Assembly: GCF_006345805.1 (NCBI RefSeq)
Contig: NC_042997.1
Span: forward strand, 103,540,001 to 103,604,000
Origin: Octopus sinensis
Taxonomy: Eukaryota
DNA length: 64,000 nucleotides
Reading direction: 5' to 3'
Notes under the pieces: generated by a model
What the model was told of the DNA's origin: nothing
The model's database searches: none
Seen by the model: the letters and a program-made list of their open reading frames with translations, nothing else
Part shown: positions 25,500 to 42,724 of the stretch, one piece after another
Layout of the letters: every line of letters starts with the position of its first letter
Numbering within the stretch: the first letter of the stretch is position 1
Program-made: the position numbers and the translations under genes

Positions 25500-28212
25500 T
25501 TCATATTCAGTAGTCATATTTTTATAGCGTGCTTTCACTTCACTACCGAGCGCAGCTCTGTGTGCCTTAGGTATGTGCTGTGATTTGTTGTGATGCTCTG
25601 ATGGTTATTGTATGGAAAGTGTTCTGCGTAGGATGTGTGCAGTGCCTAGTAGTGCAATTTTCTGTATGTTATAGTGTTTGTAAGTCCTGGTGTTTTGTTA
25701 TGTATTTGTCTGAATATTTTTTATCATGCCTAATGCACCTACTATGATAGGAATTGTTTCTGTCTTTAGATTCCACATTCTGGTTACCTCTATTTCTAGG
25801 TCTTTGTATTTTGAAAGTTTCTCCATTTCTTTTAGAGACACGTTGTCATCTGCCAGTATTGATACATCAATTAGAAAGCATTTTTTTTCTTCATGATCTC
25901 TGACAACTACATCTGGTCTGTTGGCCTTAATTTCTCTATCTGTGTGTATCGGCATATCCCAGAGTATGGTTGCTTTCTCGTTTTCTGTGACCTTTTCTGG
26001 TGTGTGCCTATACCATCTTTTTTCTGTTGTTATTCCATAATGTTGGCATAGCTTCCAGTGTATGTAGGTTCCAACTCTGTCATGTCTGTGAATATATTCC
26101 TTCTTAGCCAGGACTGGGCAGCCAGAGATAATATGATTTATTGTTTCTTGTCCATCTTCACATATTCTGCAGTTACTTGTTATGTTTCTTTTCATTACAT
26201 GTTTTTGGTAATTTCTGGTGGGGAGGCTTTGGTCTTGTGCTGCAATTAAAAATCCCCCTGTCTCTGCTTTGAGTCCTGAGCTTCTCAACCATTGCTGGGA
26301 TTTTTCTTTGTCTATTTCTTTTGCGTTTAGTTTAGTGCAGTATTTACCATGAAGGGGCTTTTTCTTGCCATCGTTTTATCATGGTTCGTTGCTGTTCTAT
26401 TTTTAGTTTGGATTTCATTTTCTTATAGCTTTTCTTCTTCTCTTCTTCTTCTTCTTCTTCTCTTCTTCTTCTTCTCTTCTTCTTCTCTCTTCTTCTTCTT
26501 CTTCTTCTTCTTCTTCTTCTTCTTCTTCTTCTTCTTCTTCTTCTTCTTCTTCTTCTTTATTAGGTGGTATGGTTTCTTGTTTGTATTTGTCAGCTTCCTT
26601 AAATACTGAGAACAGATTTTTGTTTTGCTCGTGTTTTGCCGCTGTTTGTATCAGTTTTCCTTCCTTCTGAAGTAGATATTTTTGCAGTCCTATGGTGGTT
26701 AAATTATAGTAGTTTTCCAGCTGTATAAGGCCTCTACCACCTTCTATACGTTGTATATATAGTCTTTCTATGTCAGATTTTGGGTGATGCATCCTATTTT
26801 TCTTGTTTTCCTATCTATTTTGGTCAGTTCATTTAGTGTCCAGTTAAGGATATTGTAGCTGTAACATAACTGGGACAGCTAAAGTGTTAATACCTATTAT
26901 CTTGTTTTTAGTATTGAGCTCTGTTTTTAGTATTGATCTAACTCGTCTATAATATTCTTTTTTTATTTTCTCTTTCATTTGTGTGCGTTGTGTCTTATCT
27001 AGTTCATGGATTCCTAAGTATTTGTAAGTTTGGCTTTGGTCTAATTCTTTTATTTCATTGGTTTTATCTTAGTGTGATGTTGCTACTTTTAACTAGTTTT
27101 CCTCTTTTCATGGTTACTTTGGCGCATTTTTCTAATCCAAATTTCATATCTATTTCTTTGGCAAATCCATGAACTGTCTTTAATAGTGTTTCCAGCTGTT
27201 TGTCATTTGCAGCGTATAGTTTTAGGTCATCCATATATAAAAGGTGGCTGATCGTTTTGCCGTAACATTTATATCCGCATCCAGTTCTATTTAGCATATC
27301 AGATAAAGGTGACAGTGCCAAGCAGAAAAGGAGTGGAGAGAGCGTGTCTCCTTGGAATATTCCTCTTCTAATGGGGATGGCTTTGGTTTTCATGAGTCTC
27401 TCTTTTGTTTGGAGCTGTAGCACTGTTTGCCATTTATTCATAGAGTGCCCTATGAATTTTATAATTGTTGGTGCTACTTTGTTAATGGCTAGTGTTTCGA
27501 GGATTCATGTGTAGGGGATGCTATCAAACGCCTTTTTGTAGTCGATCCAGGCCATACTGAGGCCTTTCTTCTTTCTGTGGCTGTCTTCAGTTATGGCTTT
27601 ATTAATCATTAGTTGATCTTTACAGCCATATGAACCTTTGCGGCATTCTTTCTGCTCTTCTGGAAACAGGTTGTTTTCGTCCAGGTGCTTGTTCAACCTT
27701 TGCGATATCACTGCAGTAAATGCCTTGTACATTGTAGGGAGACAGGTTATTGGTCTGTAGTTTTCTGGTTTTGCTGTCTCATTTGATTTGGGAATTAAGA
27801 TGGTTTTCCCCTTCGTGAGCCATTCAGGCATTGTCTCTGGCTCTGCTAGTATGTTGTTAAAGTTTTCAGCCAGCTTTTTGTGCATTCCTGTTAGATATTT
27901 CAACCAGAAGTTGGGAATCTTGTCATGCCCAGGTGCCTTCCAGTTGCATAGTCTTTGCAGTGCCTGGGTGACCTCTTCAGTTGTTATGGGGGTCCAAAGT
28001 TGCTCAGATGCTGAGTTTGTTGTTTTAATACTCCTTTTTTTTGGTTGTTCGTTCGCCGACCATAGTTCTCTCCAGAATTCTTCCACTTCTTCTGCCGTTG
28101 GTGCTGCAGTGATTTCTATTTTATTTTTGCCAAGTTCTTGGTAGAACTTTTTGGGGTTGGAGTTGAACTTTTTGTTTTGTTTTTTGGGGTTGGAGTTGAA
28201 CTTTTTGTTTTG

Positions 28213-28215
<3 letters not shown>
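25500..28215 (-). mobile_element. R4/Dong-clade (RLE-type) non-LTR retrotransposon, 5'-truncated and frameshifted
   Basis: KAPGHD, NYRPITCL, DYKKAFDS, RGIFQGDTLSPLLF, YMDD; CRIC..ETINHIISGC zinc knuckle, RHD, RPD..D..K..KY restriction-like endonuclease; both ends lie in (TAA)n. Confidence 0.92.
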
Positions 28216-28282
<67 letters not shown>

Positions 28283-28676
28283 TTATTGTCTTCTAACACT
28301 GGAGATGTACTACGGTGTCAACTGTTCACTACCAGTAAACTAAGGTAACAGCCCTTATATTTCGAGCACCATCCGGAGTTTTCGAATTATTATTATTATT
28401 ATTATTGATTTCTTTAAATTGTTGATGAAATATAAAGATAAGAATAAATGGAAAAGCAGCGAATTTATCTGATAACCCAAAGCCGTGATTTGCATGAATA
28501 GGGACAAAAAGAAAGTCTGTCTTGCTTGGCCCAGCTGCAAGGATTTTAAAAAAATCCTTCCAAATTTCACCCTTAAAGAGTTTCACCAATTCTCTACCAG
28601 TCAGGTATATCAATTCTGTTAGTAGACATGAGATATTATTTTGCTGACATCAGCATTTTAATGTTTTAATTTTCTA

Positions 28677-28875
28677 TGGCGGTGAGCTGGCAGAATCGTT
28701 AGCACACCGGGCAAAATACTTAGCAGTATTTCGTCCGTCTTCACCTCCTGAGTTCAAATGCTGCGGGGGTCGGCTTTGCCTTTAATTCTTTCGGGGTCGA
28801 TAAAATAGATATTGGATGTAATCGACTCTTCCACTCCAGCAAAACCTTTAGCTTTGTGCTAGAATTTGAAACCAA
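28677..28875 (+). mobile_element. SINE family B
   Basis: ggcggtgagctggcagaatcgttagcac...cggggtcgataaaat. Confidence 0.8.
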
Positions 28876-28903
28876 TATTTTTTGTCCCTATTCCCACCAA
28901 GCA

Positions 28904-28936
<33 letters not shown>

Positions 28937-29419
28937 GCACACATACACATTCACACACACACTCACACATACTCACACATACACATACGATGGTGGTGAA
29001 TCTCTATTGCAAGATGATGAAGACTTAATAGTTTGATAACGGAATTACCTGCTTTTGATTTAACGTGCAATTTCCAGGTGGACAGTTAATGTGTACGTGT
29101 CTGCAGATCGAATCAAGGTTGCTTGGTGTTTGCGAGAAGACTATACTTTTAACATTATAAATACAAACCATACGACGGGCTTCCATTCAATTTCTGTCAA
29201 CCCAACTTCGTTTATAACGCATAGGTTGACCTGGAGCTATAGAAAAAAAAGGTTATTTGCTCGAGATGTGGCGCAGGAGGTCGAAACCAGGACCTCGTAT
29301 TTACGAAAAGAACCTCATAACCGTTTGTCTATAGCACACCCGCATACAAAGACAAACACGCACATACAAGCAAGTGAACACAAACACATTTATCTATTTA
29401 CGAAGCTATGCCTGCCTGT

Positions 29420-32600
<3,181 letters not shown>

Positions 32601-33049
32601 CTATATACATAACTGAATAATATTTATACATACAAAAACTTATGACTTGCCATGTGTTTGTTGCACTAAAATAATTTATCTTTGCTTGAAGTAAGTAAAA
32701 AAAAATGATGCAATAAAACGGTCGCCATGTAGTAGAACTGTTTTATCCATTATGAATATTAATAAATTGTAAGAGAAAATATTTCTAATAAGCGTATTTC
32801 AGAAATTTTATTCACTCCATTTTTTGTTGTTGTTGTTTCAGACTCAGTTTAAACACGATTTCTATAAAAAAAAATCTATGATAAAAATTCGTTCTGTGAC
32901 CACTTTGTCTACTTTGTCTTCTATTTTTCTTTTATCTGAGATATGGCTATGTGGCTAAGAAGGTCGCTTTGCAACCACGTAAATTCGGTTTCAGTCCTAC
33001 TGAGCGTAACCTTGGACAAGTGTCTTCTAGAATAGCTCTACACGACTAT

Positions 33050-33248
33050 AGGCGCAGGAGTGGCTGTGTGGTAAGTAGCTTGCTAACCAACCACATGGTT
33101 CCGGGTTCAGTCCCACTGCGTGGCATCTTGGGCAAGTGTCTTCTGCTATAGCCCCCGGGCCGACCAATGCCTTGTGAGTGGATTTGGTAGACGGAAACTG
33201 AAAGAAGCCTGTCGTATATATGTATATAATATATATATATATATTATA

Positions 33249-33299
<51 letters not shown>

Positions 33300-33508
33300 T
33301 TGTGTGTCTGTGTTTGTCCCCCTAGCATTGCTTGACAACCGATGCTGGTGTGTTTACGTCCCCGTCACTTAGCGGTTCAGCAAAAGAGACCGATAGAATA
33401 AGTACTGGGCATACAAAGAATAAGTCCCGGGTCGATTTGCTCGACTAAAGGCGGTGCTCCAGCATGGCTGCAGTCAAATGACTGAAACAAGTAAAAGAGT
33501 AAAAGAGA
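33050..33508 (+). mobile_element. SINE family A, full length (reference copy)
   Basis: ggcgcaggagtggctgtgtggtaag A box, gggttcagtccc B box, CORE-like cttgggcaagtgtctt, internal microsatellite, tail aagtaaaagagtaaaagag. Confidence 0.9.
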
Positions 33509-33583
33509 CTAATACGCTGGGAGTAAAATTTGATAGACGGAAACTGAAAGCCTGTCGTATACACACACACACACACACACAAA

Positions 33584-33802
33584 TGAGGGGTGCTGAAAAG
33601 TTCCTGTTTTTTTTAGTACAAGAAAATACAAGAGGATCAGTTAATTATACTTCTATTCAACATATTCCTCTCTCGGATTCACACACTTATTGCAGCGGTC
33701 CTTCAGTTTTTCTAAGCCTTGTAAAAGAACTCAGAATGTAGGGCCTCCAACCAGCCCTTTCGCAATACTCCTAAAGCCAGGCACTTTTCAGCACACCTTT
33801 GT
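33584..33802. mobile_element. Mariner-type MITE of about 220 bp
   Basis: Imperfect TIRs gaggggtgctgaaaagttcctg / caggcacttttcagcacacctt. Confidence 0.7.
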
Positions 33803-34132
33803 TAATATATATGAGTCGAATTAATACAACAATGCTTTCAAATGAAAAAAAACTTTTTTATGACAAAATACGATATTTTACCCAAAAGAATAAGAACCAC
33901 ATACACGCAGAAGGAGATCAACTGTTTGATTTAATTCCCTATATAATTAATAAATATCTGCACAAATCGTTAAAATATTTTATAAAACTCGTTCGAGAAC
34001 TTTCCTCCGAACAGTTCTACCACAAAATTTTAAAAAACCATCTTACTCCATGACATCCAACTTCGCACAGTTTCTAGCTGTCATCAATCTAAACTAAAAT
34101 ATACTCCATTCCAAGCTTAACAGACACTCACA

Positions 34133-34224
<92 letters not shown>

Positions 34225-34372
34225 GGCACACACACACACGCGCAAAAGAAAAATAATTTATGCACCTTAACGAATGTTCATTAATGAGCGTTTTTATTGT
34301 GCCATTCTCAAAATAATTCACCTCATCTAAGTCATACAGCCATACTCCGGATTTGTAATTAAAGTGTTATAA

Positions 34373-34424
<52 letters not shown>

Positions 34425-34435
34425 ACATTATATAG

Positions 34436-35000
34436 CATTTTTATGGAGAACCCATTTCTCGTAACCAGTCACTATTCGTTCCAAAAGAGGTTCATTCGTG
34501 AGACGTGACAGCAAAGAAGAACACACGTTTATTCTCTGCGCGCGATTAGACTCGGAAAGTTTGTGAGGAACCCATTGACTCAATTTGCTGACTTTTCTGA
34601 TGGCACGCAGGTATCGATGAATGGTTGAATGACCAAATCTAAGCTTCTCTGCTAGTTACTCAATAGTTCCACCAGGGTAAGCAGGACGTCCTCGTCGAGT
34701 TCTACAGATCTTCCCGAACGCGACACGTCTTCTAGGCTGTAGTTTTCGGCTCGGAATATCTGGAACCACCGTCGACACTAGCTTACGCTTCTTCTCTGAT
34801 CACCATATACTGCATTAACATTCCTCGCACTTTCCGTTGCGTAGTTGGAGTTATTGAACTCATAAAGCAAAATATGCCGAATATGCTCCTTTGTCACTTC
34901 CATTATACGTTTGGAAAAATAACTGTTAAAATCGAACATGCATATATCTCTTCAAAACTTGCGAGGTAAAATTACTACCTGCTTTTATAGCAAGCTGATG
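34436..35000 (-). mobile_element. Mariner remnant (5' half of transposase)
   Basis: MEVTKEHIRHILLYEF...RRWF..F...SLED..RSGR, WVPHKL, TGYEKW. Confidence 0.8.
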
Positions 35001-35001
35001 C

Positions 35002-35077
<76 letters not shown>

Positions 35078-35103
35078 ATATATATATATATATATACATA
35101 TAT

Positions 35104-35153
<50 letters not shown>

Positions 35154-35292
35154 TATATTTATATGTATATATATACATATTAATTAAATTAGAGATAAAA
35201 CCACTATTAGGCAAATCAAACAGTGAAAAACATGAACCAAAACATAATCCTAAATCGAATTTTTCCCTGTAAGTTTGGATTTACTCCCTAAT

Positions 35293-35359
<67 letters not shown>

Positions 35360-35416
35360 CTATCTATATATATGCATATATATATATCTTTCTACATTTA
35401 TATATATATATATAGA

Positions 35417-36955
35417 CAATGGAGAGAAATAAATATTCGTAAATGTCAAAATTCTTTATTTATCTAATTTCTAATGAACATAAAAGGGATATACCAGTAC
35501 TATATTTGCATACACATGCATAAACTAAGAATATGCAAAAGAAACTAATAAATTATAGTAACTAAAGAATTTATATACAATTATAAATATTCAGGGGTGA
35601 AAAAAGTATTCGTACAGAACATAAATATCTGATAATTCTGATTTAATACTTCGTAGCATAACCATTATTCAGTTCCACTTCAACCAATCTCTTCTTATAG
35701 TTCTTAATCAATGACTCGCGTGTTTCTTTAGGAATTTTTTCCCATTCTTTTTGACAAATTTTCTTCAAATCTGGAATGCACGTTGGGGCTCTTGAATGAA
35801 TTTTAATTTTCAAATAACGCCACAAATCTTCAATTGGTAGCCTTCACCGTGTGCTTAGGGTCGTTATCCTGTTGTAAAACCCACCCTTCACAAAGCTGGA
35901 GATTTTCTACAGAGTCCCATGAATTATTGTTCAAAATATTTTGGTACATCTCTGCATTCATTCTACCGTCTATCACATGTAAATTGCCAGTACTATTTGC
36001 AGAGAAACACCCCCACACCATGATGTTGCCACCAAACTTTATGGTAGGAATAGTGTTTTTCGGCGAATAGGCAGTACCATCTTTTCTCCAAACATGGCCA
36101 CGCGAATTTCGTCCAAACAATTCAATTTTCGACTCGTCTGTCCATAAAGCATTTTCCCAGAATGTATCAGGTTTATCTTTATGTTCATAAACAAATCTTA
36201 AACGGGCATCTCTATGCCTTTTAGTCAACAGCGGAGTTTTTCTAGGAGAGCGTGACTTCAGTTCATTCCTATGAAGCTCATTGCTGATTATTCATAGTGT
36301 AACACTAGTCTCTGAAGCTAACAAATCTTCTTGCAACTCCCTTCTGGTGATCATTGCGTTTTTTCGATTCTTCACATTATTTTTCTTAAAGATCTAGTGG
36401 AAATCTTGCATGGTGCACTGGATCTTATTCTGTTTTCAGCAGTTCTCGATTTTTTATATCTTTGAATAAATGAAGATGTGGTAGAAAATGGAATACAAAG
36501 GGTCTCTGATATTTTCCTGTAACTTTTACCTGCTTTCCACTGTTCAATAATTAAGCTTTTCACTGTATTTGTGAGTTCTTTACTTTTCGCCATTATTACG
36601 ATACTACTTTATGTTGTCTCAGTGCTGAATGAAGAAGCTAGCGTTTTGACACTTAAAAATGACAACTGATAAGATTATTGCAACAAACGAGAAAGTTCTA
36701 GTAAAAAAAATTATTTTAACAATATTTTGTGGCATAGAAAATCATAAATTTATTCTGTACGAATGCTTTTTTCACCCTTAAATATTTATGATTGTATATA
36801 AACTCCTTAGTTACTATAATTTATTAGTTTCTTTTGCATATTCTTAGTTTATGCATGTGTATGCAAATATAGTATTGGTATATCCCATTTATGCTCATTA
36901 GAAATTAAATAAATAAAGAATTTTGACATCTACGAATATTTATTTCCTCCCACTG
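35417..36955 (-). mobile_element. Full-length Tc1-like transposon with about 205-bp IR/DR-type TIRs; defective transposase
   Basis: TIRs 35417-35620 and 36752-36955 ending cactg-TA; ORF pieces MAKSKEL.., [35 protein letters not shown]; frameshifts and loss of the SPDLN segment. Confidence 0.92.
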
Positions 36956-37294
36956 TATATATATATTTCGCTTTTGCATTTGGTTTGCAAAATTGTGTGT
37001 TGAAGCATATTTTATCGTGTCTGGGGAGAGTAATTCTTTTTTAGGGCCTTATTGATTTAACACACCGGAAATACCGAAAAGGTTGCAAGAGGCAAAGAAA
37101 ATTTTTGTAAAAATAAATAAATAAATGAGTGGAAACCAGACCGGTGTATGTGTTAAATTAATAAGGCACTAAAAGAGTGTGACTCTCCCCATACATAATT
37201 ACTTACACACACACACACACACACACCACACACACACACATACACATACACGCATATATTATACTTTTTTATAATTTATACTTTTTTTCTTTCT

Positions 37295-37595
37295 ACTCTA
37301 GGCACAAAGCCCGAAATTTTTTGGGTGGTGGCCAGTCGATTAGATCGACTCCAGTAGCAACTGGTACTTATTTTATCGAATCACGAAAGGATGAAAGGCA
37401 AAGTCGACCTCGGCAGAATTTGAACTCAGAACGTAGCGACAGACGAAATACCTATTTCTTTACTACCTACAAGGAGCTAAACACACAGAGGACATACAAG
37501 GACAGACAAACGGATTAAGTCGATTACATCGACCCCAGTGCGTAACCGGTATTTATTTAATCGACCCCGAAAGGATGAAAGGCAAAGTCGACCTT
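37295..37595 (-). mobile_element. SINE family B composite (same dimer junction as 9677-10062)
   Basis: Junction acgaaatacctatttctttactacc. Confidence 0.85.
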
Positions 37596-38454
37596 GTTTT
37601 GTGATCGTGAGTGCACCAAACTACACTGTGCGTATGCTTACATTTTTGTGGATGCTTGTATGAGCGAGTGTGCGCGTGCCATGCAACTTGCACGAGGGTG
37701 GTTATACATCTATATCTGTTAACCGTTATTATTTAATACTTTGCTCGCTGTATTGCGTATTGTAAGCGCTATGAAAAAAATTATCAGTTGCGAACCCTCC
37801 ACGCAGCGCATTTGCAACTCATTTCATAGTACTACTGTCATGCGTAGAACAAAGCAGTTACAACATAAATACCAACATCTGAGTTCACTTCTCTTAACAG
37901 AAATTCAAAGATTCATTGACGAACATATTACAACCATTAATCAATGAGCGAATTGTTTATTGTTCTTCCCTCTCTGCCTGTTTTATGCATCGCTTGTAGT
38001 TCTTTTCTGCCTTTCTTAAATAGGTTACCTTTTCTTATCTCTAAGCTAAACTGATTTTAAATCTTTGCTGTATTTCACCCCAGAAATCTCAAGTAAATAC
38101 GTTCCCTTGATTCTTTTTTTTAGTTTACTACCCGAATCATAGCATAGAGGAACATGATTTGTCATGTAGTGGCAACCTACAAAGGTTTAAATTGAATGCC
38201 AACTGCAACATAGACAGATAAACAGATAAATAAACAGAAAATACATAGAGAAATAGTTGCATGTACTACTAGACTTGAAACATCACTCCAAAAGGCATGC
38301 AGGTTTGACTTACATGCACTCGCGAGTACACATACGTTTGCATATGCACAAACACTCGCTCAAACATGAGCATGTGGAGAGTGTAAAGGCTGTGAGTTAG
38401 GCTTTTCTTCATAGAACTAAACACGTGTACACACGCACCTGTATTTTATCTTTT

Positions 38455-38840
38455 ATCTTTTACTTGTTTCCGTCATTAGACTGCGGCTATGCTGGGGCAC
38501 CGTATTGGAAAATCCTTTTTTAGGCGAACGTATTGACCCAATACGTTTTTTAAAGCCTGGTAATATGTTATCGGTCTCTTTTCCCGAATTGCTTACTTAC
38601 GGGGACGTTAACACACCAACACCGGTTGTAAAGCGGTAGTAGGGGACAACACAGACACAAAGACACAAGCACGCACAGATATACGACAGGCTTCTTTCAG
38701 TTTCCGCCCACTAAATCCACTGACACGGCTTTGATCGGGTCGAGACTCTAGTAAAAGATACTTGCCCAAGGTGCCGCGCAGTAGGACTGAACCAGGAACC
38801 ATGTGGTTGGGAAGTAAGCCTCGTAGCACACAACCACGCC
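38455..38840 (-). mobile_element. SINE family A (diverged)
   Basis: Reverse complement of family A. Confidence 0.8.
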
Positions 38841-38863
38841 AGTGTTTAAAAATAAGCCGTCGA

Positions 38864-38936
38864 TGGTCCTGCTGGGGACAGAACCCTGGGCCTCTCGCGT
38901 CTAAAGCGAGTGTGATAGCCACTATAGTACAGAACC
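38864..38936 (-). pseudogene. tRNA-Val-like pseudogene with TAG anticodon
   Basis: GGTTCTGTACTATAGTGGCTATCACACTCGCTTTAGACGCGAGAGGCCCAGGGTTCTGTCCCCAGCAGGACCA: 73 nt; acceptor and anticodon stems pair, D stem and T loop are broken; TTTTT lies downstream. Confidence 0.7.
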
Positions 38937-39273
38937 TGACTATTTTATAATATATACTTTCAGATATTGCGTGGTTGATGAAGGAGAGTATTTGATTTTA
39001 CAGGGTTTCAATGAGAGAAAATTGGAAAGCATGGCACAAATGGGCTATTGTCAAGGAGTATTATTCTAGGGTGTTAAAAAAGTATGAAAACTTACCCGTC
39101 TATCCACCTATCTAAATTCCTGCTTATCTGTCAATCTACATTCGTGTGTGCATGTGTGAGAGATGTACCCGTAGTTAAGTAGATTTGTATAGTTCTAGAA
39201 ATGTATTTATATTCGAATCATTTATTAATGTTATATACACATTCACACATACAATTACACACACGCATGTATA

Positions 39274-39333
<60 letters not shown>

Positions 39334-39509
39334 CAGATACACACGCAGATATATATGCAAGTGTGTGTGTATGCGTGTGTACGGGTATTTATATAAACAC
39401 TTTTTCCCAAATCTAAGCATATGTTCAAAAGGCGAAATTTGCAGTGTCATATCCTTGAACTAATACACAATAACATTCACACACAAACATAGGCATTCCC
39501 TGAACATCG

Positions 39510-39632
<123 letters not shown>

Positions 39633-40810
39633 ATACATATATTTCATTTATTTTATTGTTTTCTGTTTTTCTTACCGAAGGAAAGAAAGTAGGTGTCTCA
39701 AGACTAATCCGTGTTAGATGTATTTAAAAAAACCCCAAAAAAACTTAAGTGAATGGTTAACATCAGTAAGAAACGCATGACGAGACAAGAAACATGTACC
39801 TAAGAACATCAAAGATTTAGCTGTCTGTCGTGATATTTGCCATATTTGGCTTAGGCCGCCCATCGTCCTTCCACTCTGTTCCCTGGTTGGCATCATCTGC
39901 CCATTTTCGATGCCACCTGCTTCTCTTCGCCGTTTCTAGGCTTACTCTTTAAGATTATTTGTTTTTCTTATTCGTCTATTTATCTTACTTAAAGACCCGT
40001 TTTGCTTTTAATTTTCACCCCTTAATTACCTTCTCTTTTTTTTTTCCCCTCTTTACCTTCTTTTCTTGTCCTTCTCTAACTTTTTCTTGTCTGTAACCTA
40101 GTAGTCGTACATACTGTCTTGAATGGATTCAACATTTTATGCTTCGTTGTTCACAAATGTATATTTAGTTTGAAACGACTTTATTTGTATTTTTTTTCAG
40201 AAGTGAGTGTCGGGAGAAGATTTTTTTCCCATCTTCCGGCTGATAAATGGCGATATTAACTGATGATGCATTGTCTCCTTAATTGACGTCCCCTGTTTTA
40301 CTGTCCCTCACTTAAGGAACTCACCATTCTGTCTCAGTTACAGAACTTATTGAATGAATACTAGTTTCTAATACGGGTAAAAGTCACACATTTTGGGTGA
40401 GATAAAGTCGATAAAGTTGACTCCAGTATCTTTATAGGTAATTTCATCTCTGGATGAATAAAATGTAAAGCTGGACTTGGTGAGATTTGAACTCAGAACA
40501 TAAAGGGGGCAATCAACTACAGTAAAGTACTTTGTTAATGGCTTTCCATTTACTTTGTTATAATAATGATTTCTGGCACTTTTACAATATTTTATTGAAT
40601 AAATTAGGAAAGGACGAATAGCAAAATTAACTTTTGTGGGAATTGAGCGTGAAAAGAGATTACTAAATGCCGTAAGGTATTTTTTCCGTCGCTTTACAGA
40701 TTCTGTCGGTCAGCGACACTCATGAAATTTTAATTTGAGCTGTTTGTATAAATGTCTCATATTCAACATGTTTCGCGATCAGTATATTGAGATCAGTAAG
40801 TAAATATTCT

Positions 40811-41202
40811 GGATCTTTTCGGTTTGAACGGCAGTTTTTTAAAATAATTTCCACGTAACTAAACACTTTTAAACTTCGTATACTGGTAGAATGTGTTTAT
40901 AAAACATCTTTTTCTCTTGGCTTTATTGAGAAAATTCTATAGCTTGTTGTTTTTTTTCTTCAATTTCTTCAATTTCAACCAATCAATGACGTCTATTGAG
41001 GTGAAAACATTCTGTGCCGTATGAATATGTCCCTCGTTTAAGAAACAGATTGGGTTTATTTACATTTCTGAAGAAAAAAATATACCCTAACCCTAACCCT
41101 AAAACTGATTGAAATGCAATAGATCGATACTAGGGTCATAATTATGGGTGACAATTTCATATGACACCGCAAGAAAAACTGCCATTCAAACCGAAAAGAT
41201 CC
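40811..41202. mobile_element. MITE with GG-terminal TIRs and 8-bp TSD (Merlin-like; superfamily uncertain)
   Basis: ggatcttttcggtttgaacggcagttttt / aaaaactgccattcaaaccgaaaagatcc; aatattct on both sides. Confidence 0.88.
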
Positions 41203-41535
41203 AATATTCTTGTATTCTGAGTTACCATCTATCAACAACGCACTGATATTAACGTCTTCCAATTTTTATTAATTTTTCATATTATTTCATGAATATTTTC
41301 GTTGCACCTCTGCAATCTTCTTAAATAAGCTCTCTATATTGAACTGTTTTCTGTAAGATTTTGTTTATTGTTTGTTGTCAACGAGTTAGCAAAAAGAAAT
41401 AGAATGAAAATTTAATAACCATTTGATAATGTAAAGGATCATCCCTTGTATTATCAATACGGTGGTACATCAGAGTACAAGAAAATTGACTCGTATAAAC
41501 GTTATTAACGAAGAAATAAGCGGTATAAAGAAATG

Positions 41536-41951
41536 TTGGGTCATCCCATAAATAATGTGGGTTTTTAAAAAATATTTTTGTATTTTGCAAAATTAAGATA
41601 AACGAAGTTCTTTTTTAACCTAAAATATACTCTCCTTCATTTTCTACTATGCTCTTCCATCTATCTAGTAGACTTGCAAGACCCCTCTTCCAAAATTCAC
41701 TTGTCCGTGACGAAAAATACTCCTCCAGTACTGTTCTGGCCTCGTCTACAGAATTTATATTTTTTCCGTCCAAATAATTTTGAAGACTGTTAAAATCGAA
41801 CTATACTCTTCAAAACTTGCACTAAGAATAAGGACAAGGTAAAATTACTACCTGCTTTTATAGCAAGTTGATGTAGGTAATTCATCATGTTCCCCTCCAA
41901 CTTTTAGTTCATGTAATTGAAAAAAACTGCATTATTTATGGGATGATCCAA
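41536..41951 (-). mobile_element. Internally deleted mariner derivative
   Basis: TIRs ttgggtcatcccataaataatg / cattatttatgggatgatccaa; the 5' subterminal sequence is shared with 34920-35000. Confidence 0.85.
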
Positions 41952-42179
41952 TACTTAATATTTCGAGCATACTCCATTATTCTCTTTGCCGCTTGTTATT
42001 TCAATGAAAAGACACTAGCAGACGATGACCACCCTTAGTTTTCTTGCATTCTGGTCATTATAATCTGAATAGTCTAGAAGGTTATTATTGAAAAGTTGTA
42101 GTAGTCATTTCTCACTTAATTCTCGTCAGCGTGGTTGTTACTAGTATAAACTGTGATCAATTCGGTGTCGAATTCAGTT

Positions 42180-42620
42180 AAGGTGATGAGCTGACAGAAC
42201 CGTTATAACGCCGGGCGAAATTCGTATCAGTATTTCGTCTGTCTTTAAGTTCTGAGTTCAAATTCCGCTGAGGTCGACTTTATTTCTCATATTTTGTGGG
42301 TCGATAAAATAAGCACTTGGATCTATGTAATAGACTTACCTTACTCACCCGAAATTTCGGGCCTTGTGCCAAAGTTTGAAACCATTATATTAATTCAGTT
42401 AAGATGGCGAGCTGCCAGAATCGTTACCGCACCGGGTAAAATGCTTAGCGCCATTTCGTTCGTCTTTGCGTTCTGTGTTCAAATATCACCAAGATTGACC
42501 CTACCTTTCTTCCTTTCGGGGGTCAATAAAATAAGTACCAGATGAGCACTAGGGTCTATGTAATTAACTTCCTCTCTCCTCTAAATTTGCTGGCCTTGTG
42601 CTAAGATTTGAAACCAATAT
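42180..42620 (+). mobile_element. Two tandem SINE B copies
   Basis: B heads at about 42182 and 42405. Confidence 0.8.
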
Positions 42621-42724
42621 ATTAAGTCAGTGATAGACTTTCATCCAGGATTGTGTAAATTCATCCACAAAAGTCTGAGAGCGATTATATTTATGCTATC
42701 CATCACAATGTCCATCCCTTGCTG

